Of a stretch of 64,000 nt of DNA, positions 1 to 11,092 are shown in pieces. Location: positions 22,692,001 to 22,756,000 of the forward strand of contig NC_042998.1 in assembly GCF_006345805.1 (NCBI RefSeq), given 5' to 3'. A program made the translations under genes and the position numbers. The notes beneath the pieces were generated by a model that searched no databases, was not told where the DNA came from, and was given only the letters and a program-made list of their open reading frames with translations. The DNA comes from Octopus sinensis. Taxonomy: Eukaryota. Numbering within the stretch: the stretch's first letter is position 1; every line of letters starts with the position of its first letter.

Positions 1-167
1 ACTACTACTACTACCATTACTACTACTGCTGCTGCTGCTGCTGTTGTACTTGTAGACCTGTCACATTCTTTAACTTAAAAATATGCCCATGATCTGGGCT
101 TGAAATTTGCAGAATGTAGTAACACACACATCTGTGTATGCACATGCATATGCTCACACACACACGT

Positions 168-202
<35 letters not shown>

Positions 203-225
203 TACTCACACACATACACACACAC
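1..225. repeat. (CTA)n(CTG)n and (CA)n microsatellites
   Basis: Direct reading. Confidence 0.9.
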
Positions 226-652
226 GACAGTAACGAACGATTGAGTACGGAGGTAGGGTTGGTCATGGGCCTCCTCTGTCTATATGAATATCGGCATTGT
301 AAACAAATATACGTTGAAGACCTCTCACTTCATAAATTGAAAACTCTGTGTCAGCAGAATTTGATTCCGCTACCAAAATAAACGAAATGATACACTGTTT
401 CCTGAATTTATATATACATGCCATTACACATGTGCAGAACACATGAATACTTCTCTATCCCAGTGCCCGTTAGATGCTTCATACCAATCAAGAGCGCTAC
501 TTTAAAAGCACTCGTTAATCTGTTCATTCCAGGCATAGATCATAGAATCATATTTCTATGATATCTCTGATTCTGTTACTTTGCCAGACTCTGCTGGTAA
601 TGATTGGGATTATTTCGGCTAGATTTTATTTTATTATTTTTTTAAAAAACTC

Positions 653-785
653 GGTGTGGCTGTGTGGTAAGAAGTTTGCTTCCCAACCACATGGTTCTGG
701 GTACAGTCCCACTGTGTGAAACCTTGAACAAGTGGCCAATACCTTGTGAATGGACTTGGTAGATGGAAACTGAAAGAAGCTTGTC
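653..785 (+). mobile_element. SINE family A 5' fragment
   Basis: Head and core only. A separate 3' half lies at about 1763-2004. Confidence 0.7.
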
Positions 786-799
786 ATACTTTTATACAT

Positions 800-1226
800 A
801 TATCATCATCATCATCATCATCATTTAGCGTCCGTTTTCCATGCTAGCATGGGTTGGACGGTTCAACTGGGGTCTGGGGAGCCCGAAGGCTGCACCAGGC
901 CTAGTCTGATCTGGCAGTGTTTCTATATATCATCATCATCATCATCATCATCATCATTTAGCGTCCGCTTTCCATGCTAGCATGGGTTGGACAGTTCAAC
1001 TGGGGTCTGTGAAGTCAGAAGGCTGCATCAGGCCTAGTCTGATCTGGCAGTGTTTCTACGGCTGGATGCCCTTCCTAACGCCAACCACTCCGTGAGTGTA
1101 GTTGGTGCTTTTTACGTGCCACCCGCACAGGTGCCAGACGGAGCTGGCAAACGGCCACGGACCGATGGTGCTTTTTACGTGCCACCGGCATGGGGGCCAG
1201 GCGAGGCTGGCAACGGCCACGAACGG
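800..1226 (-). mobile_element. RTE 3'-tail element, with its terminal ~125 bp tandemly duplicated
   Basis: (CAT)n-ttagcgtccg..gcagtgtttcta occurs at 800-925 and 926-1058. Confidence 0.8.
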
Positions 1227-1427
1227 ATGGTGCTTTATATATATATATGTGTATATGTATATATATATACAAGAGTTAAGGAAGGGAGTAGTCAATATCC
1301 AGGCTCATATGTTTCATAGTGAGCAGAACCTCAGAAGTGGCAAATATCCAAGCAAAGTGTATAGCTGACCTTCGTACTACACCTCGATCCTTGGATCTTA
1401 CATTAATACATACAATCATATATATAT

Positions 1428-1760
1428 ATCATCATCATCATCATCATTTAATGTCTGCTTTCCATGCTGGCATGGGCTGAATGGTTTGATTGAGAACTAG
1501 CAGGCCGGGAGGCTGCACTAAACTCCAATCTGATTTGGCAAGGTTTCTACAGTTGGATGCCCTTCCTAACGCCAATCACTCCAAGAGTGCAGTGGGTGTT
1601 TTTTTACATGCCACCAGCATGGGAACCAGTCAGGTGGAACCGGCATCGGCAACACTTGAATGGTGCTTTTTATGTACCACCAGCACAGGAGCCAGTCAGG
1701 TGGCACTGGCATCGACAATACTCAAATGGTACTTTTCATGACATGCCACCGGCACAGCGT
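1428..1760 (-). mobile_element. RTE 3'-tail element
   Basis: (CAT)n tail and gtgctttttatgtgccacc internal units. Confidence 0.75.
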
Positions 1761-2019
1761 GCTATATGTATGTATTTACGTATGTTTGTGTCTTTTGTGT
1801 CTGTGTTTGTCCCCCACCAACTGGTGTTGATGTGTTAATGTTTCTGTAACTTGGTGGTTCAACAAAAGAGACCAATAGAGTAAATACCAGGCTTAAAGAC
1901 AAAAAAAAAGAAGTCCTGGAGTTGATTCATTTGAGCAAAAGTTCTTCTAGGCAGGGCCCCAGCATGGCTGCAGTCTAATGACCGAAACAAGTAAAAGATA
2001 AAAGCTATAAGCTAAATTA

Positions 2020-2700
2020 CCAAAAAGGTATTTAGAAAAAGCAGTGTCTTATAGAATTGTCATTCTCTTAGTTTATTTCCATGATGTTGCTTCACTACCT
2101 TAGGACAGCTTTATTAATGACAATCTCCTACATTCTTCTTTCTACCCTCCTGCTCATCAATCATCACATTGTTTGTTTTGCAGTGATCTTAAAGAAAGAT
2201 ATTCATGCAACTTGTGTATAGTTTCTCAAAATATTTAAGTATGCTATTGGCCTGTAATTTCTGGCCACATGCATCTCCTGGTTCTTAGGCATACGTATTG
2301 TCTGTGCAAACTGCCAGCCAGTCTGGCTTATCGTGGACACTAGCCATTGTTAAATGATTGATGAGATACATTTCGAACAGGTTGCCCAGCATTCCTGTCG
2401 AATATGATATTCCTCTACCAATATCTAATTGTCAGGTCTCACAGATCATTTTTCCATTAGAAAGTTTTGTAATAATTATTGGAATTTTAGTGAAGTTATA
2501 TGTTGTGGGTGGTGAGACATTTTTTTACATCTCTCACTCCGTATCTCCTTTAACCATACAGCATTGTATTTGTGCTGTTTATTTACATTCCAGACTCACC
2601 TTTAGAATGATATTATATCAGAAACATTTACAATCTTTACTATATTAACTACAGTTTATGGTTTTAATGCAAACTTGCAGTTGATAACCTGCCTTTCTTT
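2020..2700 (-). mobile_element. Degraded R4/Dong-clade (REL-type) non-LTR retrotransposon fragment, pre-RT and RT start
   Basis: Minus-strand translation gives GIWN..HKYNAVWLKEI and ARNYRPIAYLNI..KLYTSCMNIFL.DHCKTNNV, which match R4-clade RT N-terminal motifs. Many stops and frameshifts. Confidence 0.65.
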
Positions 2701-3419
2701 AACCTTCCCTTATTTAACAAAGATTAAATAGGAGATACTTTCTTTCATCAAGTCTTACACTAGCAATAAAAAAGTCAGTGGTCACTGACTTTTTAGAAGA
2801 CCCTATTTGAATTTTAATTGTGTTCCTATGCATCTTATCACTGACCAGAAAGAAAAAAAGTCTTTTATCTATTGACTACTGGCTGTTACAAGTAATGGGG
2901 GTGACCATATTTCTTTATTACCCACAAGGGGGCTAAACACAGAGGGGACAGACAAAGGTATTAAGTCGAAAGTTTACAAAGCAGTAATATGATATAGGTG
3001 TCATTAATGCAGAAAGATATATATGTATATATATATTGGTCTGCAAAGGGAGTTATTCATAGTCTTGCAATCTACATAGTGATCTAGCTTGTGCTGGTGG
3101 CGTGATAAAGCACTCAATACATGTCAGAGGAAACACTGGAGCACAATACAGTCCTTGGATCCATAGGATCCTGTCAAACTGTCTGACCCATGCCAGCATG
3201 GAAGATGATGACGATGATGCTACTGCCATTGCCACTGACTGTGTACAAATGTACAAGAGAGAGCCTGAAAATTCTCCTTCTTAACCGTCTTAAAAAATTG
3301 ATTTCATCTCCTTTCATTTTGATGTAGAGTTCAAAATAATAGCCAAACACTTACCACCTGAAAACACTTGACTAATCATCTTTGTGTCCTGTTAACATCT
3401 TATTCATATCTTAGAAATC

Positions 3420-4180
3420 AAAATCGTTCTTTTGACACCGTACATAACTACCCTTGTAATATTGATAGAATTGCTGGTCTTTATTTATTTTTTTATTGCA
3501 TTTGACAAAGTACAAACTAATAAATTTGAACCTTTTATCTTTTTTACTTTATCCGTTTCTACTGATACAAGTCTTTCCCACCACTTCTCATTTTCTTTGA
3601 CTATAGTAAAAATCCATCAGTTATAAACCATTTTATTGAAATTCCGTTTGAACTTTTAAATTCAAATTTATACTAATATTATAATAATATATTTCCTAAT
3701 TACTTCCCCTCCCTCACTACAAAGCAAATGATGTTGATTTGGCTTTTCTTTTCTTACTGTAAGAATTTTTTTCATTGTCCAACACATCTCACCTTTGTTC
3801 ATGCAAAACTACCTCAACTTACATTTTAAATCCAATATCCACCCTGGTATATGAGCTATCTTCCTCACCTATGAGCAAATGGTCTAGGTTCTCCTTCATA
3901 TAATTAGACTGTGCTCCTGATGCTTTTTACAAATTCCTTTGAACCAGCTTGACATTATAAAACAATTAAGTATATTTTCCTTCACTCTCTTCCTTCCCTC
4001 TTAAAAAATTCCCCCCAAACTTTCTTATCTTGTACTATAAAATATATAAACCCTTTACAATTAATTCATCATATTAAGCAGCCCTGTGAGAACTAATCCT
4101 TAACTTATAACCTGATTTATATCAAATACCCCCAAATGTTTTACATTAGATTACCTACATTTCCCTTAGCACCTCTCTCT
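3420..4180 (+). mobile_element. Possible very degraded CR1/Jockey-like RT fragment
   Basis: Only IAFDKV resembles the KAFDKV motif; the rest is unalignable by eye. Confidence 0.25.
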
Positions 4181-4203
4181 CTCTCTCTCTGTTCTCTCTA
4201 ATA

Positions 4204-4700
4204 TTAATTATTTTGAGTTCTGGGCATTGAAGTCACTGAAGTTGATGACTTCAGGGAGCAGTAATATGATATAGATGTCATTAATGCAGAAAGATATAGT
4301 TTTAGGAGTTGTTGGTGGTTTCTGGAGTTTGGAGAGTAGTAGAGGAAGGAGATGCATTTAGAGGAGTTGAGGTAGGAACATTTGAGCGAGAGTAACCGGA
4401 AGACTTTGTTATTGTTGATCGCCAGGTGAGTAGGATGACTGAAATAGGCATGTACACAGACAGTATCTTTCTGAATGAAATTTGAGTAAAATGTATAGCC
4501 TGGATTAAAATTTATAGATCGACTAAAAGATAAGGGGTGAAAGATTTGTGGTTCAGAAAGGAATAGAATGTATAGTTTATGTGTTAGTATTAGGTAATGT
4601 GTGGTATCTAGTTCTAAATGGAATCTATGGATGTTGGAAAAGAGGAGAGAAAATTGTCCAGTAGGGTTTGCTTTTGATTTTAGTTTTAACCCTTTTGTTA
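4204..4700 (-). mobile_element. Degraded APE endonuclease fragment (CR1/Jockey-like)
   Basis: CISFLYYSPNSRNHQQLL, plus frameshifted SDFNAQNSK*L (GDFN motif). Confidence 0.45.
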
Positions 4701-4880
4701 CCCTAATTTTACTGAAATACACTGCCTTTAGCCTTTATTTCAATTAATTGTGAAAATTACAGAGAATTTAGTAAAATAACTTTTGCCGTTAATCTGGTGT
4801 TTTGAACATAATTTAACATGAAATTTTGAAAGAAAGTTTTAGCTAAAACAACATTAAAACGGAAAGTTTGTATCATAGGG
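4688..4880 (+). mobile_element. Partial diverged copy of the same TTAA MITE family
   Basis: ttaacccttttgttacc start and shared internal gaatttagtaaaataact. Confidence 0.55.
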
Positions 4881-4889
4881 TCAAGAGCA

Positions 4890-5150
4890 ATCATCATCAT
4901 CATCATCATCATCATCCTCGATTAACGTCCACTTTCCATACTGGTATGGGTTGGACGGTTTGACTGAAGACAGCCAAGTCAGTTGGCTGTACCAGGCTTC
5001 AATCTGATCTGGCAAGGTTTCTACAGCTGGATACTCTTCCTAACACCAACCACTCCGAGAGCGTAGTGGGTACGTTTTATGTGGCACTGACATCGACCAT
5101 GCTCAAATGATGCTTTTTACTTGCCACCAGCACAGGAGCCAGTCAGGTAT
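4890..5150 (-). mobile_element. RTE 3'-tail element
   Basis: (CAT)n-ttaacgtccactttccat family end. Confidence 0.75.
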
Positions 5151-5854
5151 CAAAAGAGTTAAGGAAATGTAGAGAGTGCTGGTACCTTGTGAATTAACCC
5201 CACCTCCATTCAGTGGCAAGAAGAGCATGGGAGCCAATATGGTCACCCCCCATTACCAGTAACAGCCAGTAGTCAATAGATACCAGACTTTTTTTCTTTC
5301 TGGTCAGTGACAACAAGATGCATAGGAACACAATTAAAATTCAAATAGACTCTTCTAAAACTTTAAAAATGTAGAATTCTCTGTAAGAAGATAATATCCT
5401 AACTTTTGAATATTCAATATTGAATGTAAACATAACTGTGCTCATTCACTCCGCATATTCTTACTGATAATTTTTCTTGAATGGATTTATTTTGCAAAAA
5501 TCAATAATAAATATGAATTATTGGGTGATTTTCAGCAGAAGTTACATGATATAAATATAAATTTGAATGAATAATATGCACAAAAACTGCCTGACAAAAC
5601 TCATGTTTCATTCAGAAAAGTTCATTTTATCGCAGCAACTGGGTTTTATCAATGCTTTATGCCAATCATGCATCATCAAAACAACTCTTTGCTTGAATCT
5701 CATCTTGTACTTGAAAACTGCTCTCTTGTTTTTTCTCTTCTTCGATTCTTCTGGTTTTTACTTTTCTAAACAACAACAACAACAACAGCAGCAGCAGCAA
5801 AATGAAGGAAAATACAAGAGGGAAATTGGTTGTAACATCAGCTTCAAACAAACG

Positions 5855-5888
<34 letters not shown>

Positions 5889-6068
5889 AGTGTATGCATG
5901 TGTTTATATATATATATGTATGTATGTGTAGATGTATGTATACATTTATGTGTGTGTGTGTGTGTATATGTGTATGTGTATATATACATATGTGTGTACA
6001 TGTATATATATATGTGTATATGTATTTATGAGTGTGTATATGTATGTATATATCTGTATACATATATA
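5855..6068. repeat. Compound (TG)n/(TA)n microsatellite; (CAA)n(CAG)n at about 5770-5800
   Basis: Direct reading. Confidence 0.9.
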
Positions 6069-6190
6069 TTAGGTTGAGGAAAAGTTTGTATGCTGTGTTA
6101 AAATAATGCTTTTTTTATATATTTTTCTGGTGTGTGTGTTCATTCAGTTCATTATTTTAACATGGTGCACAAACATTTTCCTCAACCTAA
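6069..6190. mobile_element. 122-bp mariner-type MITE
   Basis: About 40-bp TIRs ttaggttgaggaaaa..gttaaaataatg, with TA on both sides. Confidence 0.8.
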
Positions 6191-6322
6191 TATATATATA
6201 TATATACGGTTTAAGTAATTGAGATTCAAGTGAATTCTAATGAATTCACATGAATATGGTCCTTAACTAGGATGCACCGGAAATCTATATGGTGTTAACC
6301 ATACGACAAGTGGGGTGATTAC

Positions 6323-6999
6323 AAATAGGAAAAAAGCAACAAGAATGGATTAAAATCTTGGTACAATTGTTTCGTACGAGGACATCTTTAATAAGCTACA
6401 AAAAATGCAGTAAATACAGATGGCTCGTACTCGTCAGCCGAAAAAACATCAGAGAATTCCCAAACATCAAAAGGGGTAAATACAAATGAGGGTGTAAGAT
6501 TAACTGCATTGAAGAAAGTTCGATTCCTGGAGATCCAATGAAAGGTCTTAAACTTACAGAATTTGTGCATGTCTATATATAGCTCATATTGAATTGTTAA
6601 TCAAGTTATGTGAAGAAATTTCGGATACAGTCATGCGGAATTTCTGAAAATCTGAGTAAGAAGCAAAGTGACTGTCATATCGTGTAGAGGAAAATCCGAG
6701 TAAGAAGCAAAGTGACTGTCATATCGTGTAGAGGAACAGATTGTTACAAGAATCACAGATAAGTTCGATTCCTGGAGATCCGATAAAAAGTCTTGAACTT
6801 ACAATGCATTGAACTTCAATGCAGTTAATCTTACACCCTCATTTGTATCTACCCCTTTTGATGTTTGGGAATTCTCTGATGTTTTTTCGGCTGACGAGTA
6901 CGAGCCATCTGTATTTACTGCATTTTTCGTAGCTTATTAAAGATGTCCTCGTACGAAACAATTGTACCAAGATTTTAATCCATTCTTGTTGCTTTTTTC

Positions 7000-7005
<6 letters not shown>
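6323..7005. repeat. 192-bp near-perfect inverted repeat with a 299-bp loop
   Basis: Arms 6323-6514 and 6814-7005, 190/192 identical by hand alignment. Confidence 0.95.
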
Positions 7006-7043
<38 letters not shown>

Positions 7044-7046
<3 letters not shown>

Positions 7047-7259
7047 AGCTTAAAAACCGCCCAATAGGGTGGCTTTTATACTAGTACATAGCATTTTAAG
7101 CAACTGACTCTGAGGGGGAAGATCTGCAAACAGATCTTTGTCTTGTTTTGGAGAATTTGTTGCAATTGTTTCCTCCAGAGTCATATCCCAATGAGAGAAG
7201 GGGTCTAAGTGTGACACACTGACACACAGAAATCAGTTTTCGCATTTATTATATTAGAT
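7044..7259 (+). mobile_element. Non-autonomous Helitron-like element, other family
   Basis: actagc start with hairpin aaaaccgccc-aata-gggtggctttt; ttttcgcatttattatattagat end. Confidence 0.5.
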
Positions 7260-7262
7260 ATG

Positions 7263-7293
<31 letters not shown>

Positions 7294-8360
7294 TCATTTC
7301 CCATGCTGGCTTGGGTTGGATGGATTGACAGGATCTAATGAACCAGAGGATAGGGCCGAGATTCAGTTTCTGTTTTGGCATGATGGTTCTGGCTAGGTGC
7401 TCTTCCTAATACCAACCACTTCACTTACCAAAGTGTTCTGTGGGTGCTTTTTATATCGCACCAGCACCAGTGGGGGTCACCAAATAACTTCCAAGTCAGA
7501 GTTCTATGACTAATATATAGTTTTGAGGGAGAGGAAAGCGTGTCAGAGGGGCAGGAGTAAGTGTCTTGTTGAAGAGGAGATATATGGCTTCCCAAGTTAG
7601 AGAGAGAGATAGAGAGGGATGTGAAGGTGTACTTTCATGGTACAATATTAAATGAAATAATTGAGACTGAGTGTCAGAAAGGGTGGAAGGGTAGTAAGTT
7701 TGTGAGCACGTGAAAGGAGTATGACATATGACAAGAGGTTTGGATTGGGAAGGATGCAGCAAATGGGGCACATAAATAGAGGTATGGTCAATGGTGAATG
7801 TCACTTTGGGAGAAGTAAAGGAAACAGGAATGAGTCAGGCAGTGGGAGAAAGTGATAAAGAACAGTAATAGGGAGACAATGTAAATTATGGGAGAATAAA
7901 GGAATAAATGTAGAGGTATCATTTACAACACCTGAATCCCCTCTGTAACTTTGGTCCCTCCTCATTTCTAGAACTAAAGCCATAACTTATATACCATGAA
8001 ATCCGTTAGGGTGCTGCTCAGTATGTTCACTGAAGTCATCAGCCATCTGTCAATGGTAATCACCAGAAGGGCCTCATGGTTTTCTGTTCATCTGCCAGTC
8101 CATCTTACCAAGTATATGCCAAGAAAAATGTTACTGTTGTATTATCTAATACTAGTCTTAACTTAAAAATCCTGTCACACATTCTGACTATCTCAGTTGC
8201 TCTATCTGTCCATTTCTCTGCCAAGAATATTCCTATATCACCCATGCCATTACTGCCACACACCCAGAAAAGTTTGTGGCTTGGTTCTTTACCTATAAGG
8301 AGACTAGAAGAGGCTCCTCACCATCTTACTTCTTGCACACAGCACACATCTAAATGCCTC
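7294..8360 (-). mobile_element. Internally deleted RTE LINE: APE endonuclease fragment joined to 3' UTR and tail
   Basis: Minus strand DVCCVQEVRW*GASS..KLFWV..GIFLAEKWTD..RMCDRIFKLRLVL (8350-8100), then pyrimidine-rich UTR and the family tail. Confidence 0.7.
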
Positions 8361-9152
8361 GACTTGAACACTTCGGCATATATAAATGTATATATGTAGA
8401 TATATGTTTATCTTGGTATATATATATGTGTTTGCGTATAAGTGTGTGTGTATACATTTAGCTGTATGACTGCTACTGTAAAGTTAGAATTTCATGTCTG
8501 CTTCCAGTATAGTGGCTTGGTTACTACTATACTTAGTAATATTACTAGTTATAATATACAGAGCAAATATAGGGGAAATTCCAATAACAACAAGTTGATA
8601 TTGTTTGTTTCCTGCCTGCGTTTCACTGTTGTGGCTGTTTAGAACTCTGCACTAGGTGTTCCAAATGCAACTGAATGTTTAACCACTATGAATCATCAGA
8701 GGAATGCTTTATTGCATTGTGTTACAGAAATTTCTGTAGTATGATACAATAAAGAATCTAATTATACTTCAAACATCCAATGCAGAGGTTCCAAACAACC
8801 ACAATGTGGAAACATATGTCGGGAACAATTGATATAAACTTGTTTTGATTATAATTTCTCATATATATTAGTCTATGTGCACACATTTATTTATGTGTCT
8901 TTGTGTGAGCTTATATGTGTATGTATGCATATATGTTTATATCCATGTATATGTATATATGGATATGTGTGTGTGTTAGTATGTATGTCTTTTTACTCAC
9001 AACACATAAACACATTTTTGTACATATATTTGTCATACCTCTTTGCTCTCATATTACCTTGATCTAATGGGTGCATTAAAAATACTATGAAAGTATGGTA
9101 CTGAAATCCTGTGTAGTTGAGAGAAAAAATTCTAGATTTTATTGTGTCTCAG

Positions 9153-9209
9153 ATATTTTGAGAAATGAAGAACAACTAGGAGAAACAAGAATTTCTCTTT
9201 CACATGGTG
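9153..9209 (+). CDS. Candidate internal coding exon (57 nt, phase 1-1)
   Basis: Acceptor ttttattgtgtctcag|, donor GTG|gtgagc. Only the phase-1 frame is open: (D)ILRNEEQLGETRISLSHG. Confidence 0.4.
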
Positions 9210-9852
9210 GTGAGCAATTTAATATAAGTACCAAATAACTTTTTGTATCAGTACAGTTCTTACTGATCTCAAAAAAAACAACAACTAAAAAACCACTATC
9301 TGTATATTACATATGTGAAATGGTCCAAGGCCTATAATCATGGTTATTAAACATTTGTTGGAAACTATTTTAATATAAATTTTTATTCTGTATTGATGTT
9401 TTGTTTTTATTTATAACCCCTTAGACCATTAAGTGGTTTACACTTTAGTCTCATTAAATCAAAATATCTGCATTAACACACACACACACGTATACATGTA
9501 TATGTGTTGTGTATTCATAAATAAGTATCTGTATCGTGGTTTGTGCATATCTGTATTGATTTGCGTGCAGGAGTTTGTATGTGGTTGTGTGTGTATTTGT
9601 ATATACATGTATAGTTATGATCAGATGTGCTCAATGTGTGACAATTACACCACATAGGTTTCAGCTCTAATGTTAATCACATCAAACTCCCACTGTTGCC
9701 TATACGCACAGGTTGTCTATATCTAATGGTTGGCTATGATGTATTTCTTTATTGATTGTCTGATGATGTGTTTGCTCCCTGTCTGTCCTATAAGCTGCAC
9801 CAACTGATTGTGTCTCTAGTGTGACATCATGTGTTGCAAAATACTGAAACAT

Positions 9853-10246
9853 AGGCATAAGAGTGGCTGTGTGGTAAGTAGCTTGCTTAACCAACCACAT
9901 GGTTCTGGGTTCAGTCCCACTGTGTGGCACCTTGGGCAAGTGTCTTCTACTATAGCCTCGGGCCGACCAAAGCTTTGCGAGTGGATTTGGTAGATGGAAA
10001 CTGAAAGAAGCCTGTCGTATATATATATGTGTGTGTGTGTATGGTTGTGTATCTGTGTTTGTCCCCCCAACGTTGCTTGACAACTGATGTTGGTGTGTTT
10101 ATGTCCCCATAACTTAGCGGTTCGGCAAAAGAGACCGATAGAATAAGTACTAGGCATACAAAGAATAAGTCTTGGGGTCGATTTGCTTGACTAAAGGCGG
10201 TGCTCCAGCATGGCCAGAGTCAAATGACTGAAACAAGTAAAAGAGT
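9853..10246 (+). mobile_element. tRNA-derived SINE family A, full length
   Basis: gagtggctgtgtggtaag head, gggttcagtccc B-box-like motif, central (TA/TG)n, gactgaaacaagtaaaagag tail. Confidence 0.85.
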
Positions 10247-10492
10247 ATGCCTTCATCAAAGATATTACGCAATCCTTACATTGTAGCCTTGGTTTTCACT
10301 GGGGGGCAATTTCCACTAACAAATTCACCATATAGTATTTGATTAAGGATCACCTGATCATTCTTCCAAACAAGGTGTTCTGTGCAGTGTAAACAATGTT
10401 TAAAATATCAGCTCCCCTCGAAGCCTCTGTGCGGACTAGTCAGCATTCAGAATGTGTCTCAGACATCTCTGATGGAAATATGAGACCATAAC

Positions 10493-11092
10493 CCATGGCC
10501 TATGCCAGTGGTGTAACCAGCCCACTTATGCGTACTTTCCTTCATTGGACACTAAAGTCTGCTTGCGAAGACCTGTTGAGGCAAGTGAAATCGAAATTGA
10601 AAGCATATTCGATGACAGCACTGCATGACTGGCATCCGTGCCTGTGGAGCGCTAAGATCACCATCCAAGCGTGATCGGTGCCAGGGCCGATGACCTCCCA
10701 TGCTGGTGGCACTTAAAATGAACCATTCGAGCATGATTGTTACCAGCGTCACCTTAGTGGAACTTGTGCTGGTGGCACGTGAAAAACAACATTCGGGCGA
10801 GGTTGTTGCCAGTGCCGCTGGACTGGCTCCTGTACAGGTGGCACATAAAAACACCATTTGAAAAACAACATTCGAGCGAGGTCATTGCCAGTACCACCTG
10901 ACTGGCTCTCGTGCCGGTGGCACTTAAAAGCACCCACTACACTCTTGGAGTTGTTGGCATTAGGAAAGGCATCCAGCTGTAGAAACTCTGCCCGATCAGA
11001 TTTGAGCCAGGTGGAGCCATCTGGTTCGCCAGACCTCAGTCAAACCACCCAACCCATGCCAGCATGTAAAACAAACGTTAAACGATGATGAT
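10493..11092 (+). mobile_element. RTE 3' UTR/tail element
   Basis: Internal ggtggcacgtaaaaagc units; ends acgttaaacgatgatgat. Confidence 0.75.

Larger units (their letters stand above)
2791..5360. repeat. Dispersed inverted repeat pair (2791-2911 and 5236-5360)
   Basis: About 120-bp arms, roughly 90% identical by hand alignment. Confidence 0.85.

Noticed and set aside
6420-6480. MARTRQPKK, resembling the histone H3 N-terminus
   Set aside because: Similarity ends after six residues and the frame stops after about 19 codons; no histone fold.
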